64,000 bases of DNA from NCBI GenBank assembly GCA_951406725.2, contig OX597827.1, positions 23,560,001 through 23,624,000 of the forward strand. Reading direction: 5' to 3'. The position numbers were made by a program, and so were the translations under genes. Below the pieces are notes generated by a model. It saw only the letters and a list, made by a program, of their open reading frames with translations. It did no database searches and was not told where the DNA came from. The DNA is from Octopus vulgaris (lineage: Eukaryota). Positions 29,728-42,510 of the stretch are shown here, piece by piece (the stretch's first letter is position 1; every line of letters starts with the position of its first letter).

Positions 29728-32261
29728 TTATGCAGCTGAGGATTGCTCTGCATTTAAATTCATGTAATGGTTGCATTGTTCAATTAAATGGAGTCGCTTG
29801 AAACGTTATCCTGTTGCTTATTTTGACTTCATATATATATATCTATATATATATATTATGTATGTATGATTCAAAATGTGACCGCGTGTGTATCGTTGGC
29901 GATTTTTTCCTCCGTCTTCCCTTCCTTGGATCTTTCCTTTTCCTATGTTTTTGACGAAGAGCTCCGCTCGAAACGTTAAATCCTTCTTCTTTCCTGAGCG
30001 TCCAATAATACTATACTTGTTCCACGTCCTCGCGTTGTAGTGTTTTCTCTTTGTTTTCATGTTTGGATTAACCATATATATATATATATATATATATGAA
30101 CTGTAGGTTAGATAAAATATGTTTGACATATTTTAACTTCTAAAGGCAAATTCACTGCAGGCAGCGAAAAGAAAAAATTCTCTGTTATGGTAATAGGTGT
30201 AAAAACAGTATAATCTGCCCAATGCTTGCCTCTAGCGGATTCCCAGATGGACGTTTGTTGCTCCTTAACCTTTCTCAGTGGGAAATACCGAAGAGAGATG
30301 ACCCTGGGTAAATTCAAGCCATAGTTGAAATAAAAAAAACAGTCCTCAGATATATGTGTGCACGTGTGTGTGAGTTCGTGCGTACGTGCGTGTGTGTGTG
30401 AGTGTGTGTGAGTATATGCGTGCGTGTGTAAATGTTAACCTAGAATCTTTGTTGGTAAGAATAAAGTCCCCAAAGTGACAAAAGGGAGTTGCTTTGGTCC
30501 AATAGTAGAACATTTGTAATATTTACAAAGGTGAGTTCGAGTCCCATTTGCAGCCTTCTGCTTTTTTTTATTTTAACTCAAAGCGTTTTTAACCCAGCAT
30601 TTAGGCGCTATCATTTATAGCTTTATCCGCTTCGAGTTCCACTGTCTCCCAACAGAATTATTTCACGTGTTCTAGAAGCTTCCAAATTCTTATGACGTAA
30701 ACAACATATAATACTCATTGGTAAAAATAAAGTTTTTCAAATGGTCGGTGAAAGTACGAGGAAAGACAAATTCAACCAGGGATCGAACTTTCATTGCTGT
30801 ATTAGATGACGTGTTCTGTCTACCACATATAAGTATAATAGCATATTACAGCGCGAAACAAGCTTTTGTTCTTTTGATTAAAATAGTTATAACTGTATTT
30901 GTTGTTGCCGTTGTTGTTGTTGTTGTAAGTATAGAGAGGTGATAAAATGGTATGGAGTTTTCTATTGCTTCCAATAAACATGGCTGACGATAATTATTGC
31001 TGCATCATAAATCATCGGTGTGTCGCACATGCGTAGGTAGTCGTATTGTTTCCGGCATTATACACATCAAACCGGAAATTCATGGATTCACCTTTAGCTA
31101 GACGTGTGTGTGTATGAGTGTGCGGGAAGGAGTGTAACTGTAAAAGTGTGCCGGAATGCCTACATATAAATATGTATGTACGTATGTATGTATGTATGTA
31201 TGTATGTATGTATGTATGTATGTATGTATTTATGTATGTATGTATGTATGTGTGTGCGCATGTGTATATGTGTTAGTCTATGTGTGTTAGGGAATATCCG
31301 AGTATGTTTGTGAGTTATTAGTATAGAATTGTGTAAATGTACCTGCATGGGTTGGAGGTAATTGTGTATGTGTGTGTGTGTGTGTGTGTGTACGCCTGCA
31401 TGGATGTATGTGTATGTATGTGTGTGTCTGTGTCCGCGTATTTGTTTTCGTGTGAAGTTGGAGTGAAAGGATCTTTCAACTGCAACAGCAAAATGTACAA
31501 AAACAAAAACAAAATGTACAAAAACAAAAACAAAATGTACAAAAACAAAAACAAGGATAATGATCGCAACACAATAAGTGGTGGTGGTGGCGATGGTGGC
31601 GGTGGTGGTGGCCGCCGCCGTCGTCGTCGTCGTCGTAGTAACAATGGTAGTAGCAATGGTGGCAGTTGTGGTGATATTGGCAAATGTTTATAATTGTAAT
31701 GGTGAGTGGAGGAGTAGGGGAAATAAAAGTGTGACAGTGGTGTCGGCGGTCGTGGTGGCCATCGTCGCGATGATGATGATGATGATGATGATGATGGTGT
31801 TTGTGGTAGAAGCAAAAATCCCGGTTGCCATGGTGGTGCTAACCCAGCCAGTGGCAGTTGTGGTGGTCGTAATGGTGGTGATGATGGTCGCAGTCCAATG
31901 ACTGACGCAAGTAAGAAGTAACAGATGAAAGACGCATGCGTAAATGAAGAGTGTCGGTGAATATGAAAACATTATTGGGCGGCGAATTGGCAGAAACGTT
32001 AGCACGCCGGGTGGAATGCTTAACGGCATTTCACCCGTCTTCACGTTCTGAGTTCAAATTCCACCCGGGTCGACTTTGCCTTTCATCCTTTCAGGGTCGA
32101 TAAATTAAATACCAGTTGCGTATTTCGGGCCTTGTGCCTAGAGTAGAAAAGAATATGAATGCATTATACGCACCTACGCACTACGAAGTCCCGAAAAAAA
32201 GCGGGTTAACGATACGATAAAATACATCCGTCAACAAGGAACCTCTAATACTAAGGACAAA

Positions 32262-32322
<61 letters not shown>

Positions 32323-33195
32323 CACGCACACACACACACCCCACATAACAGAGCTACCACAACATTAGTGAGAAGGGAACCTCAGCCACATCAAGTTCAA
32401 TTCACTTTGTATTCCACTGTTTTGACAGGAAAAGTCAAGTTGGCCATGTTCGGAATGTCTTTTTCTTTCACCATAGTTCTTGCTCAAAGAAGTGGTCCAA
32501 CAGCAGCAACGCCAATGCAGTTCAACCATTACATTGACCACCGCTACACTGTCGTCACACTACAACCAAGACACACCACCACATCCACCACCACTATGCC
32601 GTAACTGCAACTACATCATCACACCACCGCCACCATCACTACCATCACTACCACCACCATCACCACCACCACCATCACCATCACCACAATCATCACCACC
32701 ACCACTACCATCACCACACACCACTACTGCCACTATCACCACCATCACCACCTCCACCATCACCATCACTAACATCACCATTGCCACCACTATCACCATC
32801 ACCACCACCACCATCACCATCCATACCTCCACAACCACCACAACATAATTACAATAAGTAAGGTCTTCTATTTCTCCAGGATCAAAGACAGCACTTCCCT
32901 ACATCGAACATTTAATGTTGATCCATCACCATTACCACCATCACTACCACCCACCACTACCACCACCGCCACCATCACCACCAGCACCGCCACCACCACC
33001 ACTATCACCATTACCACCACCACCATCACCACCATCACCACCTCCACCATCACCATTACCACCACCACCATCATCATTACCACCACCACGATCAACACCA
33101 CCACCACATCACCATCAGCACCACCACCATCACCATCCATACCTCCACAACCACCACAACATAATTACAATAAGTAAGGTCTTCTATTTCTCCAG

Positions 33196-33266
33196 GATCA
33201 AAGACAGCACTTCCCTACATCGAACATTTAATGTTGATCCATTGTATTTGAAGCACGAAAATTCGG
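33196..33266 (+). CDS. HDC: HDC exon (71 nt), catalytic-loop Tyr
   Basis: ctccag|G ATC...TCG G|gtaagt; (W)IKDSTSLHRTFNVDPLYLKHENS(G). Confidence 0.93.
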
Positions 33267-33371
33267 GTAAGTTCGTTTTGTTGTTATTGCTGTTGTTGTT
33301 GTTGTTATCTATATTGTTGCTGTTCTTACTTATGCTGTTATTGTTGCTGATGATGATGACGATGATGATAA

Positions 33372-33604
33372 GGGCGGCGAGATGGCAGAATCGTTAGCAC
33401 GCCGGGCGAAATGCTCAGCGGTATTTTGGCTGCCGCTGCGTTCTGAGTTCAAATTCCGCCGAGGTCGACTTTGCCTTTCATCCTTTCGGGGTCGATTAAA
33501 TAAGTACCAGTTACGCACTGGTGTCGATATAATCGACTTAATCCCTTTGTCTGTCCTTGTTTGTCCCCTCTGTGTTTAGCCCCTTGAGGGTAGTAAAGAA
33601 ATAG
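33372..33604 (+). mobile_element. tRNA-derived SINE, family B
   Basis: GGCGGCGAG.TGGCAGAATCGTTAG...GAGTTCAAATTCCGCCGAGGTCGACTTTGCCTTTCATCCTTTCGGGGTCGAT; other copies at 3018-3247(-), 25610-25790(-), 27040-27250(+), 31978-32150(+), 48985-49153(-), 51047-51238(+), 53305-53513(+) and 63903-64000(+). Confidence 0.8.
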
Positions 33605-34237
33605 GTATTATCGCCATTGTCAGTGTTGCCAGTAAAGTCATTATTGTTGTTGTTGCTGTTGTGGCTCCAGAATTCAGGTCAATGAGGTCAAATTGCTCAA
33701 CAGATGACCAACACATTTAGGTGTTTACATGAGTTCAGTATTTACGGCGAGAACTAATTCCAAATTAATCAAATTGTGAAAGGGATTGTTAAGTGCATTT
33801 ATAATGTGACTGACCTAGTATATTTTGGAGATAAAGCAGTGATGCATGCACGCTTACATGTATGCACGTATCTGTATATACAAGTATGTGTACGTGTGTG
33901 TGTGTATGTGTGTGTGTGTACCATAAAATCAAACCAAGTAATTTTGGATATACTTAATACACGCGTTTCACATCATTGCGCAATAGATAAAAAGGAATTC
34001 ATGTTACACAACATCTTCCTCAGCAAAGACGTTTTGATATGTGTAAGAAATTAATTTCCTTTTATATATTATGCAATGATCTGAAACGCGCGAATTAAAT
34101 GCAGCCAAAATATATCAAGCTAGCCAGTCCTTACGCCATTTACACGAATACACTAACAAGAATGTTGTTCTTTTCGACTCAAGCTGGTAACCTACATCGC
34201 TCCCAAGCATAACACTATATAATACATACATACATAA

Positions 34238-34291
<54 letters not shown>

Positions 34292-34505
34292 AATATAATT
34301 AATATAATTATATGCTTGGGCTTATAAGCTTTCACCGTATATTGACAATAGAAAATAATTTAATATTGAATATATTTAATGTGTGTGTGGGTGTGTTTTG
34401 CGGTGTGTGTGTGTATGTATATATATCATATATGGCTATATTATATGTCTATATCTCCCTGTAGAGGCAAGCGTCTACAGAAATTGCATAAACTATATGC
34501 ATTTT

Positions 34506-34567
<62 letters not shown>

Positions 34568-35289
34568 GTTGCATATATGCTAATGTCTATATTCAGATAC
34601 TTATAAATAGCAGTGCTAGAAACATATAACAATACTGCGATAGATAATCTGTAGTAAAATAATCTTTGTATGAAGCTAATCCTTTTTAAAATTTCTTAAA
34701 AGAAAGCTTGTAACACCAATTATAACTTTGACGTCTCCCTCTTCTCTCTCTCTCTCTAACATACATTCTGTTATAAACTGAGCTAGTATTAATCTCTAAA
34801 CATTCTTTTGTGAACCCTAAAATAGCAAAATATAATTCTATATATAAAAGAATCTTCATAAGTCTGCGAAGAAGAAGAAACTTCCACCAAAGCAAATGGT
34901 GACCTGAGTATGGCACATCTGCCGCATGAACCCCCATAGAAGTTTACTTCTTCACATACATACCTGACTGAATGCACACAATAAGAATATTTCCTTATCA
35001 AACAAGAAAACTGTCTCTACCATTCCTTCCTCGTTACCCATGCCCTACATTTAAATATATAGTTTCGTCCTATTCTCTTCGATCACCCCTTTCCATGAAA
35101 GGAGGTGGTTTGCAATAATACACTTACCTTGCTGAAGGAAAACCGCAGACGGATCTGATGAAGGAGAGTAAGATAAACTTTGAAGTCACTGTCAACCTTT
35201 TCCTTCGAAGAATTAATAAATTTGTACTTTACTAAAGTGTATCAAGTGATAAATATTTAGACAGACAAACAGCTTGCTAGCTAGCTAGC

Positions 35290-35396
<107 letters not shown>

Positions 35397-35407
35397 AGAG
35401 AGAAAGC

Positions 35408-35571
<164 letters not shown>

Positions 35572-35633
35572 TGTATGTATTATTTCCCTTCTCAACTTAT
35601 CAATCTATTTCTTTCTTGTCTTCCATTTCACAG

Positions 35634-35653
35634 GAGCAGCCATTGATTACATG
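35634..35653 (+). CDS. HDC: HDC 20-nt microexon
   Basis: Long pyrimidine tract, cacag|GA GCA GCC ATT GAT TAC ATG|gtaagt; (G)AAIDYM bridges ENSG and HWQIPL in the correct phase. Confidence 0.9.
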
Positions 35654-35848
35654 GTAAGTAGAACTTGTTCTTGCTTCATTTAGTCTTAAAATCTGACCAT
35701 TACGAGTGTCATGGTTGTCTACGTGATCTTTCTTTATCAGAAATGTTCAGTGTCTTGTCCTCCAGTTTAAATTAGTTCGATATAGATGTCATCAGGTTAA
35801 CTACTTGTAATTAAGTAGGTGACAGTTATATCGAATTGTGTATTGGTT

Positions 35849-36108
35849 AGTGGTTCTCAGCGGGGGTTGATATGGACCTAGGGGGCTCCATATAAAATTT
35901 TGTTGTTAAAATTTATCTGCAATAAAATACCTATACTTCTCCAATACACAAAATATTTTAATTTTGTAATTCGTAATAACATTTAATTTTTAAAATATGA
36001 TTTTTTAAACTTCAAATTTAAACATCATATGTTTCTCAGATAGACCCTCATGGTCTATCTGACTAAAACAGGGATCGATGGGTCTATAGGCAAAAAATAA
36101 ATGGTTGG
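35849..36108 (+). mobile_element. Probable hAT-derived MITE remnant
   Basis: Begins TAGTGGTTCTCAGCGGGGG (hAT-type end) and ends ...AAATGGTTGG; degraded. Confidence 0.4.
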
Positions 36109-36712
36109 TCGATGTACTCTGGACGGGTCGGCCATGGCAATGAGATTGAAAAAGAATGAGAGGAGGTGATAGGGCGTGTTGCCGACGAGTATGACACAGG
36201 TTACAGAAAACAACCGTTGGCTGAGATAATCGGCTACTCTGTCTGTCTGAATCCCTCCAAACTGATCTTTTATGGGATTCGGTTGGCTCCTGTGACTAGT
36301 TGCTATGGAGCCGCTCTGGTTGGCCAGGTTTTAGCTTACTTTGTCCAATGCAAAGATCCGAGGCGAAATTGTTGGATCTATCCATCCTTTTTTCTGCAAA
36401 TTCATTCGAGAAATGAATTCAGCGAATTGAATGAAATGTTGCCAATTTTAGACTGGAATTGTTATTGGAATAGTTGATAAGTATGGATGCAGATTTGACT
36501 GCCTTTAAAGACAGAAACAAACTATGGAAACTTTGCGATGCCAAAATCACTAAAAGTGTAAAGTAATCAGAATCTTGGGGTTAGTAGCCCGCGCTCTTAA
36601 CCACTACGCCATATACCCACGGTCATATGGCGTAGTGGTTAAAGCGCGGGTTACTAACCCCAAGATTCTGAGTTCGATTCCAAGCAGTGACCTGAACAAT
36701 AACAACAACAGC

Positions 36713-36764
<52 letters not shown>

Positions 36765-36777
36765 CTACTACTACTAC

Positions 36778-36824
<47 letters not shown>

Positions 36825-36873
36825 TCGAAAAATACCTTAGGAATGAGAACCCAGCTTCGAAATTTCCTTAAGA

Positions 36874-36915
36874 CACCTGAAGAAGGCTGGAGGGAATATC
36901 AGCCGAAACGTTGTG
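36874..36915 (+). ncRNA. Minimal type I hammerhead motif within a SINE-like element
   Basis: CAC-CTGAAGA-A-GGCTGG-agggaata-TCAGCC-GAAACGTT|GTG; loopless palindromic stem III of the dimer type. Confidence 0.6.
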
Positions 36916-39138
36916 GGAACAACAAACAAGATGAAGACAAATATCCGTCAAATGGAAATAATGGAAATAATGTACCTAATTATAGAACTGAAAGTGTAAA
37001 CATGTAAAACTAAGTGAATAAAATAATATTGCAAAATTCTTGTTCCTTTTGGGTACCTCTTCGTGTATGACATCCATAGAAAAAGATATCATTTCACTCG
37101 CCGCCGTCCTGATTGTCACATAACTGATTGTTGTCTTAACCCTTGCCATGAGTCCCATTTGGGGATCTGCTAAAAGCAGTCTCACTGCCGTGTGTTCGTT
37201 GTATTTAAGGTGAATTGATTAAGTACATTGCATTTGTAGAGGCGTGTATAACAATATTTAGTAGTTAGAGTTTGTCATTATTAGCTCTAGATAATTCTAG
37301 AGGACATTTTATGTCATAAATTGCAATTTTTGAACTACATAAATATTGACTGCTTTGAAAACGTTTCCCCCACCATCTATATCATTCGTTGATATTTCAT
37401 ACACATTCGCATTTGATAGGATAGTTTCAAAAAACTAAAATATTTATTATTGCAATTGAATAGAAAAGGATAAATATGTTTTGTTTCAGCGATCCCCAGT
37501 TAGGACTTTTCGAAAAATTTATCATAATTTCCAAGATAATTCACTTATGAAGAAAATTTTAATTCTCTATATTATTTTAATTCCTAAGACACCTGGCAAA
37601 GCCAAAAAATATGAATAAAAAGATTTGGCAGTTAATGGGTTAAAATATCTCCACAGACTTCGGTGCTAAAACAGGTGTAAATTGCTCAATCAGTTATTAA
37701 CTGTTGAATGTCCCCTTCCCATTGTCCTTTTAATTGGGTGACATTGGTTGGAGAATGGAGAGTGGGGTCAGTCGACTAAACTGACCCCAGTCTATCTCAT
37801 TTGTCCCTTTATGATCTCATCCGCAATCCACTATAGCCGTGGTTATACCTGGTTCCGTTCCATCACTAACAAGAAGAGAGAAAAAGCTGCTCTTCGTTCG
37901 GATGTCAATCTATCACAACGGATAAACTTGGTTGCGAAAAGAAATTAAACCAAGCTGTGTGAAATTAACGAAGGCACTAATTGCAGAAGTGAATTACAGA
38001 GAACTACTACAGTATCACGTGATAGTTAGGCGGAGTGACAATGTGTATGGATATCTCTCAGTGCAGGCGACAAGACACGACTTCTTGCCTTGTTGACTAG
38101 TTATCTTTTACTCTATCAACGCTTTCACCCCAGTATATACCCAGTTCGTATTTTATCAAGAGCTGTTGGTACCTAAATAGGGTCAATTGATTTAATTCAG
38201 GAATTCAACTTGTGTTGTAGTGAATAACATTCTTCTTGTTGAATGTTTCACTCTTTTCAGAAATATTTATTCCTCATATTGGTTGTAGGAGGACATTTTG
38301 ACACAAGGTTATTCAGAGTTAGATAGAACTAGCGTAGTATTGTTGATTTAATATATGACTCTTACTGTTTTAGCTATCACGACCATATTTAAACACAGCA
38401 CATAAAGAGATACTTCAAGGCATTTAGTCCAACAACACTTTACCATTTCTCCTACCTACCGTCTTTTCGAATCTCATTGAAGAAAAGTTCTTAGCTACAT
38501 TATACATTAAAAAGGTACACTGCAGCTTAAATTGAACGTGTCTCTTTTAATACTGACATGTTCCAACATGTTGACTTAACTTCATTCTAGCTTCAGAGAA
38601 AACAATAATGAAGAAGAAATGAACGTATCAGAAGAAATGAAAGAAAGAACGGAGAAAATGACGTAAAGAACCGCAAACAAAGCAAAATCTGCATTATTGT
38701 TTTGTGAAAAAAAATCCTTTTTTCCTGTTGAAAGACAGATAACGATAAGAAAGAAGGTTCGCCATTTGCAATAGAGATAAGCAGAATGGCGACATTAGCA
38801 ACCGATGCAACATTTACAAGAATATATCGAGTCGTACAACGTCCTTTACAAACTATAAATTCCCAGTCGGAAGGAAAGTATTATAGCTTTAATTTTCAGA
38901 CAATTGAAAAGCGGAAATGTAAATAAGAACAGAGAAATGTCATAAATAATTTTCTCCGATACCAGTTGTGAATATCAACGAAGCCATCGCTAGCTTGTCG
39001 TTAGGTTCTTTCTGCTTCTCTTTTTTTTTCCCTCTCCGTCTTTTACCCAACCAACCAGCATTTGATGAGTTCACTCATACAATACGGTGCTACTTAATAA
39101 AAATGAGGTAAAGTTTGTTTCCATTCTTACTTAGAATG

Positions 39139-39177
<39 letters not shown>

Positions 39178-39371
39178 GCTGATGCTGCTGTTACTGCTGT
39201 TGCTGCTGCCATCACTACTATTATCGCTACTACTGTTGGTACTGCAAATGATAATAATGATGATGATGATTTTTGTTATTTGCCCTCAGGATGAAGGATG
39301 AAGAGGACATTACAAAGACAGACGTCAAGTGTTGGGGCTTATATATAATGAAATTATAAATATATATATAT

Positions 39372-39406
<35 letters not shown>

Positions 39407-39431
39407 CACATATATATATACATACATACAT

Positions 39432-39490
<59 letters not shown>

Positions 39491-39494
<4 letters not shown>

Positions 39495-40932
39495 GTCATG
39501 CCATAAGTTCTGTCCGAATTTTGAATAAAGAAAACAAGTGATCAAATTTCGTTTTTGGATTTGGTTTGCAAGATTCTTTATGTGAGTTCGTGTATTGTTG
39601 CATATTCTCTTGTGTCTGGGGAGAGTCATTTTCTTTTTGTGCCTTATAATTTAACACTCACTGGTAAAATTTTCACTTTTTTCTTAATTTTATTTTCCTG
39701 GAATTTTCGTTGCGTCTTGCAACCTTTTCAGTAGTCTTGACTCAGAGTCAAGATTATTGAATTATAAGGCACAAAAAGAAAATGACTCTCCCCAGACACA
39801 ACAGAAGTGATCAAATGTTATATTTAATTGAAATTTAATCATCAATGTACTTTTCCTGATTATCTATGAATTCCTTCCATCTATTTGCAAGCTTTTTAAT
39901 CCCATCATTGTAAAACTCTTTTGGTTTCAAAGCGAAGAACTCTGAAATGTTAGGTAGATGTAAGGTAGATGAGGAATTTCTTTCCAACCAAGCTCTTCGA
40001 TCTTCTGTGGTGTGATCATTGCAGAGTGGGGTCGCGCATTTTCCTGATGAAACATCACTCTTTTTCGATTCGCTAAAGCGGGTCTTTTTTTTCTTCAAAG
40101 CTTGGTTCAAACGCTCTAATTGCTGACAGTAGACTTGATCATTGATTGTTGCATCAGGTGGTAACAATTCAAAATGAATTACTCTTTGCAATCCCACCAG
40201 ATAGGAAGAAGAACCTTTTTCCCATGAAGTTCCCTTCTTTGTTGTGGTTGAGCTCTTTTCCTTAACATTTCGATAGAAGATCCATTTTTCCTCACCAGTC
40301 ACAAGTCTATCCAAAAAGGGTGAAATGAGTTCGCGAGAATGGAAAGGAGAGCAGATGTCAACTTGGGATTTGCGGTTGCTTTCGGACATTTCATGAGGCA
40401 CCCATTTTCCAAGTTTAGGAACCTCTCCAAGTTGTCGAGATGACGATGAACAGTTGTATGGTTTGAACTAAGCTTTATTGCCGATTCTTCAACTGATAAT
40501 GCGGGATTTTCTTCAAGGATTGCCTCAAGGAGCTTATCATCGAACTCAACTGGACGTCCTGTTCGATCTTTATCTTCAAGGCTGAAATCTCCACTTCTGA
40601 ATTTTGCAAGCCATTTTCTGCAAGTTCTTTCATTCAAGCAATCTTTCTCATAAACTGAGTGTATGTTTCGAGTCGCTTCGCCTGCAGAGTTTCGTTTTTT
40701 GTACTCATGAAGCATTATGTGCCTTAAATACTCCTTGGATACTTCCATGTTAGAAAGGGTTTTAATCAAAGAAATTTTAATTCTATTATTCTGTAAAATA
40801 ATATTTAATCAGTTTAAATGTACACAAATGCATATAAATAATTTCTAATTCCATTAGACATTCTAAAACACTATTAAATTTCATTCAATTTTAAAAAAGG
40901 TAAAATCGGAATGAACTTATGGGATGACATGA
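39491..40932 (-). mobile_element. Decayed mariner transposon, third family, with a nested 257-bp insertion
   Basis: TIRs TCA(G/T)GTCAT(G/C)CCATAAGTTC flanked by TA; fragments MEVSKEYLRHIMLHEY, GRPVEFD, VPHEM and LVTGEEKWI. Confidence 0.9.
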
Positions 40933-40946
40933 TATATATAAGGTCT

Positions 40947-41232
40947 GAAGGCGTGTGGTTTAGGGGTTAGGGTATTTGGCTTGCGATCGTAGGGTCGTGA
41001 GTTCGATTCCCGGCAGCGCGTTGTGTCCTTCAGCTTGCAAAAATGAGTAGTACCTGTATTTCAAAGGGTCAGCCTTGTCACACTCTGTGTCACGCTGAAT
41101 CTCCCTCAGAAGTATGTGAAGGGGTACGTGTGTCTGTGGAGGGCTCAGCCACTTTTGCATTAATCTCATGCGCAAGCTGTTCCGTTGATTGGATCAACTG
41201 GAACCCTCATCGTCGTAAGCGACGGAGTGCCA
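40947..41232 (+). mobile_element. tRNA-headed SINE, another family
   Basis: A-box-like TGGTTTAGGGGTTAG and B-box GAGTTCGATTCCC; similar heads at about 23525 and 47527. Confidence 0.6.
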
Positions 41233-41882
41233 GATATATAAGGGTAAGATCCGAGGATCCAAGCGTAGGAAGCTAGTAAGCTTCAAGCAGTCTGTGGCAG
41301 GCATAGAAAACAAAATACGGATCGTGTCGAAGATTATGCACTTTTTCCCATATCGAAGTTACGAAGAAATTCGGTTAGCTGAAGATTTCTGTATAGCTCA
41401 GAGTCCGAAATCGACTGCTTTCAGGACGGTTTCCAGGTAGCGATGTGCGACTATAGTGGTCTTGAAGGAGGGCAATGTGTGTGTGTGCTTGTTTGTGTGT
41501 GTGGGGGGGGGTGTAATGAATATAGTGATGTATGTACGTTTTTAAAATCTGTGATGCCACGGTACTTAGTCCAGCCGAACTCCCTTTAATAACGCATAGT
41601 GTTTAAAAACTCAACATAACTCAAAGCTAAGTGAAACGAAATCAAGCTGGAAGAGGAAGAATGTGACAGATATCGATATTTCACGGCTCCTTTCTTTTTC
41701 TTACCGGTCACCATGCTTGACTGCTGAATCCACAAGTTTCTGTTTTTTACTCTCTCTCTCTCTGTTTATTTTCTTTTGTTCCTCTCTGTTGAGGAGCTTA
41801 GGCTCGAAACGTAAAAGACTTTTTCACTTTCCCGAGCGTCAAACTAATACACCTGTCTTCGTCTTTTGTTTTTTTGTAAATT

Positions 41883-41913
<31 letters not shown>

Positions 41914-42047
41914 AACACACACACACACACACACGAAGTTTTGTCAGTGAACAGGTCGCGGTTTGAAAGCGAAAAAAATATTTTGACACAAATTAAATTG
42001 AAATGTTGAAGTGAATCTAACGGGCTTTTTTCTCTTTTGTGTGTGTG

Positions 42048-42140
<93 letters not shown>

Positions 42141-42319
42141 GTACAGAGTATACAATAAAACTAAAAAGGGAGCATACACCGTACAGAATAGTAAAAAAAA
42201 GTGCGAGCATGATAGTGATGATGTCCTCTTGCTAAAGGAGGGCCTGTAGGCATAATCGAAAAACCTCTCCTTCCAAGACTTCCCTTAACACCAAGGGCAA
42301 GTGCCCTCTCCAATCTCTG

Positions 42320-42510
42320 TTTCCCGACTCATAAAGGCGAGCAGCCCTAACGGACCGAGCGCGCGACGCGAAACGTTTCCTATAGGTGGCCGTTTACTTT
42401 GACCACCGAGCAGGTGCCGTTGTGCATTGCAGGCATCAAAGTGCTTAAAGGGAGTCCGAAATCGACTGCTTTCAGGACGGTTTCCAGGTAGCGATGTGCG
42501 ACTATAGTGG
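42320..42510 (-). mobile_element. Tx1/L1-like reverse transcriptase fragment
   Basis: Minus-strand translation VAHRYLETVLKAVDFG...AMHNGTCSVVKVNGHL*ETFRVARSVR*GCSP matches the RT segment leading to VRQGCPLSP. Confidence 0.7.

Noticed and set aside
36625-36690. Genuine tRNA gene
   Set aside because: A/B boxes are present but there is no proper acceptor stem or terminator, and it continues into a repeat body. The same applies to the other SINE heads.
41376-41420. CTGAAGA...GAAATCGA as a hammerhead
   Set aside because: Stems II and III are inconsistent, and the GAAA half comes from the duplicated LINE fragment.
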